Positions 19,359-29,137 of a stretch of 64,000 nucleotides of DNA are shown one piece after another. The translations under genes and the position numbers were made by a program. The DNA lies in the IMG/VR virus record IMGVR_UViG_3300028392_002123. One strand, written 5' to 3'. Numbering within the stretch: the stretch's first letter is position 1; every line of letters starts with the position of its first letter. Below the pieces are notes generated by a model. It saw only the letters and a program-made list of their open reading frames with translations. It was not told the DNA's origin and searched no databases. This DNA is from a virus. Taxonomy: Duplodnaviria; Caudoviricetes.

Positions 19359-20440
19359 ACATAGATAATATTAAAAAAATAGAATTAGAAATAACCAGCA
19401 ACTGCAATGCCGCTTGTCCTGGTTGTGCAAGAACACAAAATTTAGATTCTCTAGTAGTAGAAGATTTTAGCATTGATGATTTAAAAAGAATATTTCCCGA
19501 TCAAAGACATATAAACAACAAACAATTTAAATTTTGCGGAGTACTGGGCGATCCTATTATCAATGAGGATTGCCTGGAGATGATAAAATATTTGGTGGCC
19601 CATGGAGGTTATTGCCAATTGAGCACCAATGGTAGTCTGCGTAATCGCGCATGGTGGCAAGAATTGGGACAACTTAGTAAAGACACAGGACTAGTCGATG
19701 TTAATTTTTGCGTGGACGGCCATAAAGAAACTAATCATATCTACAGAGTTAATACAAGTTTTGACATAATTGCTAGAAATATGGAAGCCTATGCTTATGG
19801 CGGCGAAGGCCGTCAACTAGCAACATGGATTTATATTGTATTTGATCATAATGAACATGAATTAGAAGCTGCCAAAGAACACGCAGTTAGATTGGGATTT
19901 AAATTTGCCACAAGAACTGGCATGCGTAACAGTATGCATGATTGGGTAGCAAAAATTCGTAAAAAGACCAATGGAGTCTTAGTCAAAGAAACAGCGGTTA
20001 TCACTACCACGGGCAGTAAAGAACACAGTAAAAAAGCTCTAGTCAAAGACTTGGACGCATTTATTAATACGTACAAGCCTAAAATGATGACAGGTCCAGT
20101 GACTATCATTGATAAAAAGACAGAGATTTTAAATACAATGCAATGTAAATTGATTCACGAAGGTGAAATTTTCATAGCAAGTAATCAATCAATGTGGCCC
20201 TGCTGTTTCCTTTGGGACAGCGCATTTATGAATAAAGAAAAAATCCTAGACAAACTTGCTGACTACGGCAACGAATGGAACAGTTTAAAAGTTCACAGTA
20301 TAGAAGAAATTTTAGCACATCCTTGGTTCGACAGTATTTTAGCAATGAGTTGGGAACCCGGCCATTCAAAACACCTAACACGCTGTATTAGAACCTGCGC
20401 TTACAATAAAGCTTATCAAAACGAAATAACGCACCAATAA
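19355..20440 (+). CDS. Radical SAM protein with C-terminal SPASM/twitch-like domain
   Basis: CNAACPGC, CGVLGDP; C-terminal CK...MWPCCF...CIRTC; paralogue of 18186. Confidence 0.85.
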   Translation: MNIDNIKKIELEITSNCNAACPGCARTQNLDSLVVEDFSIDDLKRIFPDQRHINNKQFKFCGVLGDPIINEDCLEMIKYLVAHGGYCQLSTNGSLRNRAWWQELGQLSKDTGLVDVNFCVDGHKETNHIYRVNTSFDIIARNMEAYAYGGEGRQLATWIYIVFDHNEHELEAAKEHAVRLGFKFATRTGMRNSMHDWVAKIRKKTNGVLVKETAVITTTGSKEHSKKALVKDLDAFINTYKPKMMTGPVTIIDKKTEILNTMQCKLIHEGEIFIASNQSMWPCCFLWDSAFMNKEKILDKLADYGNEWNSLKVHSIEEILAHPWFDSILAMSWEPGHSKHLTRCIRTCAYNKAYQNEITHQ

Positions 20441-20443
20441 ATA
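20436..20443 (+). promoter_or_regulatory. Late-promoter-like motif AATAAATA
   Basis: At one of the few non-overlapping gene junctions of the island, 6 nt before ATG 20450. Confidence 0.4.
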
Positions 20444-20449
20444 ATACAT

Positions 20450-21847
20450 ATGAGCGATCCAAGTAAAACATTCTGTATCCTACCCTGGATACATTTAAGT
20501 ACAAGACCCAATGGGCACATGCGAGTTTGTTGTACAGCCAATGCCAGTAGCGTGGGCCCGACAAATGATAAAATACACGGCGGTGAAGTCGGCGTGTTAA
20601 AAAACGAAGATGGTAAACCAGCTAATCTCAATGTAACAGACTTCCTGTCAAGTTGGAATAATACTTACATGAAGAATACACGACTAAAAATGTTGGCAGG
20701 AGAAGAGCCGCCTAGCTGTGTTAAATGTTATAAAGAAGAACGCGAAGGACATAAGAGTAAACGCCAATGGGAAACTGCTTATTGGAAACAGCGTGTCGAC
20801 CTAGATCAACTAATAACCAACACACAGGAAGATGGCAGCGTGCCTCCGCATGTTGCTTATATTGACATGCGTTTTGGAACTAAATGTAACCTAGCCTGTG
20901 TTATGTGCAGTCCACATGATAGTAGCTTATGGGTACCGGAATGGAACGCAATTTATCCTGAAATAAAAAACCCCACTCTCAAAGAAAGTATGGGATGGAA
21001 TAACAAAGGTAAAGAAAATGGTGCCAGCTATAATTGGCACAAGAATAATCCTGAATTTTGGACGCAGTTATGGGATCAGATTCCCAACATGAAGCAACTT
21101 TATTTTGCCGGTGGCGAACCTTTGATTATTGAGGAACACTATGAAATTTTGGAACAATGTATTAAACGCGGTTATGCCAAAGACATGGAAATCCGATACA
21201 ACAGCAACGGAGTCGAATGGAGAGAAGACTTGTTCGACCTATGGAAGCATTTCAAACTCGTACGTTATCACTACAGCGTGGATGCTTTGGGAGAGCGCAA
21301 TGATTATATCCGATACCCCAGTAAGTGGCAACGAAACCTCGAAGCCTTTAGACAACTAGACGAAGAGACTAGCAGTAATGTAGAAGTCACTATTGCCTGT
21401 GCAGTACAGGCACTGAACATTTATTATATTCCTGAATTTTTAAAATGGAAATTGGAACACGGCTTTAAGAAGATTAACATGTGGCCATTCGGCGCAGGCG
21501 GCATCAACTATCACTTTGTTTACCACCCACCGCATTTAAATGTCAAAGTATTACCAGCTTGGTTTAAAGATGAAATAGAAGCCAAGTATGAAGAGTTTAT
21601 CCCATGGTGGAAAGAAAATTGGCAAAAAGGTGTGCCAGCGTGGCATCAAGGTCGAGTCACTGAAGAACAATGGCTAAATGCAGACTATGGAATTAGTAGA
21701 CTACGCGGCATGGTTAACTTTGCCAAGAGCGAAGACTGGAGCAATCGTTTACCAGAAATGAAAGAATATTTGGAAACATTGGACAAGCATAGAGGCACAG
21801 ACTTTTATAAAACATTTCCAGAAATGAAGGATATTTTTAATGGATAA
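20450..21847 (+). CDS. Radical SAM protein with N-terminal twitch-like domain
   Basis: FCILPW...RVCC...SCVKCY; CNLACVMC; AGGEP. Confidence 0.88.
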   Translation: MSDPSKTFCILPWIHLSTRPNGHMRVCCTANASSVGPTNDKIHGGEVGVLKNEDGKPANLNVTDFLSSWNNTYMKNTRLKMLAGEEPPSCVKCYKEEREGHKSKRQWETAYWKQRVDLDQLITNTQEDGSVPPHVAYIDMRFGTKCNLACVMCSPHDSSLWVPEWNAIYPEIKNPTLKESMGWNNKGKENGASYNWHKNNPEFWTQLWDQIPNMKQLYFAGGEPLIIEEHYEILEQCIKRGYAKDMEIRYNSNGVEWREDLFDLWKHFKLVRYHYSVDALGERNDYIRYPSKWQRNLEAFRQLDEETSSNVEVTIACAVQALNIYYIPEFLKWKLEHGFKKINMWPFGAGGINYHFVYHPPHLNVKVLPAWFKDEIEAKYEEFIPWWKENWQKGVPAWHQGRVTEEQWLNADYGISRLRGMVNFAKSEDWSNRLPEMKEYLETLDKHRGTDFYKTFPEMKDIFNG

Positions 21848-23171
21848 AATTGCTTGTTATTATACACTAGGTGGCATTAATTATAAAAATGGATTTGTAA
21901 CTAGTTGCCCACAACAAAGTGATCAGTTACATATCATTGAGAATACACAGGTAATCAAACCCAGTGAAATTATTAATAGTGCTGGATTTAAAAAACATAG
22001 ACAAGAAATGATGTCTGGCACTTGGAGTAAAGGCTGTCATTTATGTCAGGAAGTAGAAGAAGCCAACGCAGGTAAAACCATGCGTGATGATCAGCCAGCT
22101 GATGAAACTTACTACGATGCCGACACAGGCGCAATTAAGTTTGATGGTGTCCATCATGTGGAACTTCGTTTCAGTAATGCTTGTAACATGGCCTGCTTAC
22201 ATTGCAGTGAAGTGTACAGCAGTGGCTGGATGACCAAGTTAAAACACTACGAAGCAGATCAAGAAGATTGGGATAATAAACTTATACAATTAACAAGAGT
22301 CATGCATCGTGCTAATCCAGCTGATGATCTGAGTATAGGCATCAGTATAGAACAAATGACTGAAATTGTCACGGATCTAAATGCAAATTTTCCTTTAATA
22401 GAAAAAGTAGACTTTGCAGGCGGCGAAGTACTGTATCAAAAACAGTTTTTCCCCTGTCTAGAACTTCTGGGACAACATCCAAATGCCAAAAATATGACAT
22501 TGTGTTTCCACAGTAATTTTAATGCCAAGTTTGATCCAGCAAAGCTCTATGAATTACTACTGCCCTTTGGCAAAGTTACAATCATGATGAGCATTGACAG
22601 TGGTAAAAATATCTATCCTTATTTTAGAACCGGTGACTGGAACGTGTTAAAAACAAACATAGCGGCATTCAAAGCCTTGGACAAGTCCAAGAAATTTGAC
22701 ATGAACTTGGTTTGTACTACCAGTGCTTATCAAATCATGGACATTGAAGATGTCATGGAAAGCTTCCTAAGCTTGGACATTGATTGGATAAACAGCAGTA
22801 TTGTATACACTCCTAGATATCTAAGCCCTGCACTAATGATGCACAATTTTGAAGAACATGTTCGTGCAGACTTGGCCAAGGCAAGACAAGTTATAGACAA
22901 AGAAAAAGAAAAAAGATTTGCAGATTTGGAAACGTATTCCACGCTAAGATCATGGCGTAAAGGCAAACAACATTTTGCCGACATTGACAGCGCATACGAA
23001 GCCCTTGACAACATCGAGGATTACGTGTATAATTTTAAAACAGATATAAAACAATACGAAGCCTTTCTTGTGTACATAAGAAAGACTGATATGATATGGA
23101 AGCAAAGCTTCAATGATCATTTTACAAAATATCAATATATTGATAACAAAATAGTAAGGGTGACCCAATGA
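21840..23171 (+). CDS. Radical SAM protein with N-terminal twitch-like domain
   Basis: ACYY...SCP...GCHLC; CNMACLHC; AGGE. Confidence 0.85.
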   Translation: MDKIACYYTLGGINYKNGFVTSCPQQSDQLHIIENTQVIKPSEIINSAGFKKHRQEMMSGTWSKGCHLCQEVEEANAGKTMRDDQPADETYYDADTGAIKFDGVHHVELRFSNACNMACLHCSEVYSSGWMTKLKHYEADQEDWDNKLIQLTRVMHRANPADDLSIGISIEQMTEIVTDLNANFPLIEKVDFAGGEVLYQKQFFPCLELLGQHPNAKNMTLCFHSNFNAKFDPAKLYELLLPFGKVTIMMSIDSGKNIYPYFRTGDWNVLKTNIAAFKALDKSKKFDMNLVCTTSAYQIMDIEDVMESFLSLDIDWINSSIVYTPRYLSPALMMHNFEEHVRADLAKARQVIDKEKEKRFADLETYSTLRSWRKGKQHFADIDSAYEALDNIEDYVYNFKTDIKQYEAFLVYIRKTDMIWKQSFNDHFTKYQYIDNKIVRVTQ

Positions 23172-24016
23172 TAGATTTTTCAGCATCAAATAAATTATAT
23201 GAAACTAGAGACCCCAGTATAGAAGTTAATTTGTACAACTTTGATGGCTTGGATATTCCATTTAATCCAGAATGGACCAATATAGGAATTAACCTAAGTG
23301 GTGGTGCAGATAGTAGTTGTCTGCTAATGTTGTTGTCTAAGATAATTACTAGAACCGGCAGTAAGTGTCGCGTTCATGTTATTCAACATCTACGTTGCTG
23401 GAGTATTCGTCCCTGGCAGGGCCCAGTGGCCATGGCAGTATTCAATAAGTTCCAGGAATTATTTCCTAACATTGAATATATTCGTTATAAAAATTTTATA
23501 CCGGTTGGCTTAGAATGGGGTGTAATTGGACCAATTACCAAAGATGATAAAGGCAGAGATCGTAGCGGTGATCAAATTATTGTTGACGAGTTTAACAATT
23601 ATATGTTGTACACAGAAAAATTAGATGCTATGTATAACGGCACTAGTAGAAATCCAGATGTAGACTTTGCCAGTAAGATGATGAACAGAGAATTATCCCC
23701 CGAAGAAGGAAATCTCAAAGATATCATGTTTAAGAGATTGGGCGGATTGATTATTCTTCCATTTAAGTTTGTACGCAAGGATTGGATCGTTGCAGAATAC
23801 TATAGACAGGGCATGGAAGAACTTTATAACACCACACGTAGCTGTGAAGGCAACGTTGGCCATGCATCCAGTGCAGATATAATTCCTACCTTAGATGACT
23901 ATAAACCAGGACAGTATGTACCTGTTTGCAATGAATGTTTCTGGTGTAACGAACGTAACTGGGCAGATAGCAAGTTAGAGGAAACATTAAAACTTTTAGA
24001 GGATCAATCTAATTGA
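23168..24016 (+). CDS. QueC-like PP-loop (adenine nucleotide alpha-hydrolase) protein
   Basis: LSGGADS PP-loop; C-terminal TRSCE...CNECFWCNER Zn-binding pattern as in QueC. Confidence 0.55.
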   Translation: MIDFSASNKLYETRDPSIEVNLYNFDGLDIPFNPEWTNIGINLSGGADSSCLLMLLSKIITRTGSKCRVHVIQHLRCWSIRPWQGPVAMAVFNKFQELFPNIEYIRYKNFIPVGLEWGVIGPITKDDKGRDRSGDQIIVDEFNNYMLYTEKLDAMYNGTSRNPDVDFASKMMNRELSPEEGNLKDIMFKRLGGLIILPFKFVRKDWIVAEYYRQGMEELYNTTRSCEGNVGHASSADIIPTLDDYKPGQYVPVCNECFWCNERNWADSKLEETLKLLEDQSN

Positions 24017-25323
24017 CTGCCACGTTTTGTCCTATTCCATGGAATTTCCAAGCAATAAGAGCAAATGGTGACATAAGGATTTGCTGTCAAGCCAACACGA
24101 CTAAAAATCAAGGTGTTATACGCAAAGAAGATGGTACAGCATTTAATGCTGGCCGCGACGAGCTGGAACAAGCACGTAATGCCACACTGATGTCGGAAGT
24201 TAGAAAAAACATGCTAGCTGGTCGTTGGAGTGACGAATGTGGACGTTGCCAACGAGAAGAAGAAAATGGTCTAGTCAGCCGTCGTAGCTATGAAAATGAG
24301 CAGTGGAAATTTGACATAGAACGTGCTAGACAATTAACAAAAGATGACGGGAGTATAGACACCAAAGACTTTCCTGTGGTGTACTATGACCTGCGCTTTG
24401 GAAATTTCTGTAATTTAAAATGTCGTATGTGTGGACCCACAGACAGTAACGCTTGGTATGACGACTGGATTGAATTAACCGGTACAAATAAATTTAAAGA
24501 TACCAGCGGCATGATTACTATTACAAAAGTCGACAAAGGTTACCATGTGCCGGAATTTGAATGGTACAACTATGAACCATTCTGGACACAATTAGAACAA
24601 AATATGCAGAACATCGAACATGTATATTTTGCCGGCGGCGAGCCTATGTTAATTGAACGTCATTACGATTTTCTAGAACGTTGTGTAGAAGCAGGTGCTA
24701 GTAAAAACATGATCATTGAATACAACACTAACATGAGTACCTTGCCCAGTCGTGTTGTGAATCTATGGACACAGTTCAAACAAGTACGCATTGGTGCCAG
24801 CGTGGATGGCATGGGCGCAGTCTTAGAATATCAACGTAATCCCGCTAAATGGGAAAAGACTTTGACTAATCTTCAAAGAGTCGACGAACTGCCTCCAAAC
24901 ATTATCAGTTGGCTAGCATTTACAGTCACAGCTTATAATGTATTACACATGGTTGATTTTATGAAATGGAAGTTAACTGAAAGCGGATTTAAGAGAATAA
25001 ACAGTTCCTATAGAAGACCTATAGTAACATATCATGTTGCTCATCATCCTAAACATTTAAACATTAGAGTGTTGCCCAAAGAATTCAAACAAACAGTGGT
25101 CGACAAGTATACAGAATTTTTAGCATGGGTGGAGGAACATAAATTCGAACAGTATGTTGTCAAACATGCCAAAGAAATTGTAAACGGTGTTATAAGTTAT
25201 ATGAACAGTGAAGATTATAATCCTGAGCACTGGGATGAATTCGTTAAGTATACAACAGATTTAGATAAAATACGCAGAGAGAACTTAATAACAGTTGAGC
25301 CAGAATTTAAGAAATATATATGA
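24013..25323 (+). CDS. Radical SAM protein with N-terminal twitch-like domain
   Basis: TTG start; FCPIPW...RICC...ECGRC; CNLKCRMC; AGGEP. Confidence 0.87.
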   Translation: MTATFCPIPWNFQAIRANGDIRICCQANTTKNQGVIRKEDGTAFNAGRDELEQARNATLMSEVRKNMLAGRWSDECGRCQREEENGLVSRRSYENEQWKFDIERARQLTKDDGSIDTKDFPVVYYDLRFGNFCNLKCRMCGPTDSNAWYDDWIELTGTNKFKDTSGMITITKVDKGYHVPEFEWYNYEPFWTQLEQNMQNIEHVYFAGGEPMLIERHYDFLERCVEAGASKNMIIEYNTNMSTLPSRVVNLWTQFKQVRIGASVDGMGAVLEYQRNPAKWEKTLTNLQRVDELPPNIISWLAFTVTAYNVLHMVDFMKWKLTESGFKRINSSYRRPIVTYHVAHHPKHLNIRVLPKEFKQTVVDKYTEFLAWVEEHKFEQYVVKHAKEIVNGVISYMNSEDYNPEHWDEFVKYTTDLDKIRRENLITVEPEFKKYI

Positions 25324-26045
25324 ACAATTTATTACACGAATACGACACATTAGATCTATTAGACGGTAGTGTATTTCAAGTTACATGGGACTTGGGTCGT
25401 CGTTGTAATTACGACTGCTCCTATTGTCCTGTACATAGGCATGATAATCATAGTCCACACGCTACCTTAGAAGAATTAAAAAAGAACGCAGACTTTGTTT
25501 TTAAGTACATTGGCCTGTACATGAAGTATAGGAATTACAAAGAAGCCAGTATTAGTTTTACCGGAGGTGAACCCACTGTTAATCCTAATTTTATTCCCTT
25601 TATTAAATATCTCAATGAGACTTATCAAGCAAATTATAAAGATGATTATCTGTGTACATTTGCCTTGACCAGCAATGGTGCAATGAGCGAAAAGATGGCC
25701 AAGGCTGTATTAGAAAATTTTAGTCATATCACTATCAGTTATCACACAGAAGCAGATCAAACACTAAAACAACAAGCATTAGATCGTATTGTGCAAATAT
25801 TCGAAGGTGGCCCTGCTAACTTATGTACAATTAGTATCAATGTTATGTTTCATGCTCAATACTTCGACGAGTGTATAGAAGTCTGTAACAAATTAGATGC
25901 CGCAGGAGTTACTTATGTGCCGCGTGTTATTGGAGAAGATCCTGATAGTCGTCCTAGTTTTGCCCATAAATATTCTGATGAACAATTAGCTTGGATGAAA
26001 GACTATTGGGATCGTAAAAATAAGAAAGTAAACGAAAATGTCTGA
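25320..26045 (+). CDS. Radical SAM protein, core domain only (apparent N-terminal half of a split gene)
   Basis: VTWDLGRRCNYDCSYC, FTGGEP; aligns by eye with the N-terminal part of 30513-31679. Confidence 0.8.
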   Translation: MNNLLHEYDTLDLLDGSVFQVTWDLGRRCNYDCSYCPVHRHDNHSPHATLEELKKNADFVFKYIGLYMKYRNYKEASISFTGGEPTVNPNFIPFIKYLNETYQANYKDDYLCTFALTSNGAMSEKMAKAVLENFSHITISYHTEADQTLKQQALDRIVQIFEGGPANLCTISINVMFHAQYFDECIEVCNKLDAAGVTYVPRVIGEDPDSRPSFAHKYSDEQLAWMKDYWDRKNKKVNENV

Positions 26046-26475
26046 TGAAAAGAAACTAGGTATGAAAATTGGCCGTCCATGTTGTGGCGGCCGCACAATG
26101 TGTTTTAGCAAGGGCGAGGAAAGTATTCGCGGAACCTTTAGTGGCAAGCGCGAATTCAAAGGTTGGCATTGTAGTGTTAACTGGTTTTTCTTTCATATAG
26201 AACAGCAAACTGACAAAGTGTTTCATCATCAAACATGCCAAGCACAATTTGGAGAGACTCGCGGACCTATAGGTACACTATCGGAAAGCGACAAGATTCT
26301 TGAAGAATTGGAACGTAATCTTAGAGAAGAAACAATGCCAACAATTATCTGTCCAAAAAAGACCTGCGGTTGTGGTATGTGTGCTCCTAAGAGCATGGAC
26401 AAAGAAGAATACAAACGTGTATTGTTCCAGCACATAGACAGTAGTCCCTTTAACAATTCATTGTCCTTAAAATGA
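26038..26475 (+). CDS. Cys-rich auxiliary Fe-S (SPASM-like) domain protein (apparent C-terminal half of a split gene)
   Basis: GRPCCGG, WHCSVN...QTC, ICPKKTCGCGMCAPK; resembles the C-terminus of 30513-31679. Confidence 0.55.
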   Translation: MSDEKKLGMKIGRPCCGGRTMCFSKGEESIRGTFSGKREFKGWHCSVNWFFFHIEQQTDKVFHHQTCQAQFGETRGPIGTLSESDKILEELERNLREETMPTIICPKKTCGCGMCAPKSMDKEEYKRVLFQHIDSSPFNNSLSLK

Positions 26476-28403
26476 AAATAGGCATCTTTGGTGGCGAGTA
26501 TGTACATAAGCATACCGCAGAAAACTTTACACCTAGTTGGGTACAAATACTATCTAAAAAATATGATGTAACACTAATAGGTAGCATAGACATAGACATG
26601 TTGTCTCTGTATACAACATTTGTCGATCGTGCCAGAGATTTTGATCAAGTTATTTTTGTTGCACCTGCTGATAACAAGTTGTCAAACTCAAATTCAGATG
26701 CTGTAAGAGATGCTATAGTGGCATTAGAAAAAGCACATTCAGTGACTATTTCATCAAGCGATTTCATAAAACATTTATTTGAAAAAGAAGCAAATAAGTT
26801 TACAAGAAAATCTTTGTTAGATTTAATCATAGCTGATATAAAAGATTTTCGCCCTGATACTATAATAATTAATTCTCATTTTTATAATGATAATTTAGGC
26901 TTAAATGCCATTAAAAAATTAGAAGAAAAATCATGGGGTTTAGATCCTTGGCCCGCAGATACAAAATTAGGCCACGATTCTAGGCAATGCTACTTAACTA
27001 AAGAAAACAACGAGATACTGGCCGCAGAAGTAGAGTCTTGGTTAACTGGCACAAAAGTTTTTATAGATATTAACAAGTATGTAGTGCCTACTGTGGAATC
27101 TATAGAATATTTTTTAACTCACGAAGCAAGAAAACTAAGAAGACAGCAGTATAAGAATTTTGAATCCAGTGCAACATACTGCTATTATCCTTTCAAAGAA
27201 ATAGCAATCAAAGAGTACAGGGGTACAGAACTCTTGGCCTTTTGGCCGTGTTGCATGATGGGAAATCAAATCAATGATCGTAAAACATTCAATGTATTAG
27301 ATGTAACGAATCCTGGACAATATACGCCACAGGAAATGTACGATCATCCTAGAATGCAACTATTAAGATCGAATAAACTATTAGGCATACGAGATAAAGC
27401 CTGTGAAACATGTTGGGATCAGGAAAATAGAGGATTGGATTCTTTTAGAGTAATGTCAAAAGAACCTGCAGACATTGAAGACGGCCTAACAGAAATCAAT
27501 GATTTGTACATGATAGATATGACTGCCAGTAATATATGCAATCTCAGATGCAGAATGTGTACTCCCAGTGCCAGCAATTTATTAATGATGGACTACAAAT
27601 ATTTTGAAGAAAACAATCTTATCGAAGATGTTAACAAATCTCTTAGAGGAAGATTCTATCACAGCGTACCATATAAAGCAACTGAAAGCAAACAATGGTC
27701 TTGGCTAATGGAAAATACAGATCGTATACGTGTGCTCAAGGCCAGCGGCGGCGAGCCACTCTATGACGGCAAGGTAATTCAATTATTACAACGTTATATA
27801 GAAACCGGTTCGGCACAGCAGACTAGATTATCTTTTCATACTAATGCAACTCAATTCAATGACGCTGTCATTGATATATTGAGTAAGTTTAAAAGCAACG
27901 AACATACTTTTAGTATAGATGGCGCAGATAAAGTATATGAGTACATTAGATATCCTGCTACCTTTGATGAACTAGAAACTAGTGTAAACAACTATATAAC
28001 AAAACTAGATAACATTGCAAATACCATGCATTTTAATTGTGTGGTTAGTTCTTTGAATGTTCTTAATCTAAACAGTTTATTTGACTGGGCGGAAAAGATT
28101 TCTGATAATCCGTTTGTCAATCTCAGCGAATTGTATCCTCCTGACAGAGGTACAGCAGTAAAACATTTACCAAAGCATTTATTAGAGTTGGCTCGACAAC
28201 GCCTTGAACCTTATATAAACACACCAAAGAATATGCCTAACCTAAGTGTTATCAATATGATTACATTATTGAATACTGCTATTGATAACAATCAAGAAAA
28301 CAAAGAACTTATGTTAAAAGAAATAACTTTGTTTGATGAATCTAGAAATCAAAATTTTAAAGATTTTCTAGATCCTGCACTAGTGGAGTGGCTATGCAGG
28401 TAA
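26472..28403 (+). CDS. Degenerate SGNH-like domain fused to twitch-type radical SAM domain
   Basis: N-terminal ~220 aa resemble the neighbour 28394-29137; then CYYPF...WPCC...ACETCW; CNLRCRMC; SGGEP. Confidence 0.8.
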   Translation: MKIGIFGGEYVHKHTAENFTPSWVQILSKKYDVTLIGSIDIDMLSLYTTFVDRARDFDQVIFVAPADNKLSNSNSDAVRDAIVALEKAHSVTISSSDFIKHLFEKEANKFTRKSLLDLIIADIKDFRPDTIIINSHFYNDNLGLNAIKKLEEKSWGLDPWPADTKLGHDSRQCYLTKENNEILAAEVESWLTGTKVFIDINKYVVPTVESIEYFLTHEARKLRRQQYKNFESSATYCYYPFKEIAIKEYRGTELLAFWPCCMMGNQINDRKTFNVLDVTNPGQYTPQEMYDHPRMQLLRSNKLLGIRDKACETCWDQENRGLDSFRVMSKEPADIEDGLTEINDLYMIDMTASNICNLRCRMCTPSASNLLMMDYKYFEENNLIEDVNKSLRGRFYHSVPYKATESKQWSWLMENTDRIRVLKASGGEPLYDGKVIQLLQRYIETGSAQQTRLSFHTNATQFNDAVIDILSKFKSNEHTFSIDGADKVYEYIRYPATFDELETSVNNYITKLDNIANTMHFNCVVSSLNVLNLNSLFDWAEKISDNPFVNLSELYPPDRGTAVKHLPKHLLELARQRLEPYINTPKNMPNLSVINMITLLNTAIDNNQENKELMLKEITLFDESRNQNFKDFLDPALVEWLCR

Positions 28404-29137
28404 TCGGTATTTTTGGAGACAGTTGGGCTAGCCATACCATGCCCAATACACCGGGAATAGGTTGGCAACAAATTGTCAAAGAGCACTACGATGGTCCTGA
28501 CTATTTCGTGGACAACTATGCTCGGCCTGGAAGTAGTTTATATTTTTCTTATGAAAATTTTTTAGTGCATCACCATAAATTTGACAAAATTATTTTTGTT
28601 GTAACTTCATCCGGAAGATTGCTTCTCCCTTACGGATGTGAAGTATGTAATGATGGTCTTACAGATAATGTTACACGACATGTTAATACATATTTTACTG
28701 CTAATAGTTTATTAAAAAAGTTGCCCGATGATCCAAAATATGATCGAGATAGAAAAATTCTAGAAGCCGCTGTAGCTTATTTTACATACATATATGATAT
28801 AAACGAACACAGACATTACAGTAAATTAATGATAGAAGAAATAAGAAGAATACGACCAGATGCTCTTATTGTTCCAATCACAGTTGATGAAAGAATACCA
28901 GGATTTGAACATCCATGCTTGCATGAAATTATCAATGAAGTCGAATTAACCTACTGGGGTATTACCGGCGATGACATAGAATCCATGGTAGAACTTAGAA
29001 GCTGTCATATGAGCAAAGAGAACAACGAAATATTTGCAAAAAAAATAATTACGTGGATTGATACCGGACATTGGACTCCGTTGAGTGTCAATGAGTTTGT
29101 AAATCCTTTGTTACCATGGAAAGAATATTTTAAATGA
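28394..29137 (+). CDS. SGNH/GDSL hydrolase-like protein
   Basis: GIFGDSW, NYARPGSS, RSCHMSKENN. Confidence 0.55.
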   Translation: MQVIGIFGDSWASHTMPNTPGIGWQQIVKEHYDGPDYFVDNYARPGSSLYFSYENFLVHHHKFDKIIFVVTSSGRLLLPYGCEVCNDGLTDNVTRHVNTYFTANSLLKKLPDDPKYDRDRKILEAAVAYFTYIYDINEHRHYSKLMIEEIRRIRPDALIVPITVDERIPGFEHPCLHEIINEVELTYWGITGDDIESMVELRSCHMSKENNEIFAKKIITWIDTGHWTPLSVNEFVNPLLPWKEYFK

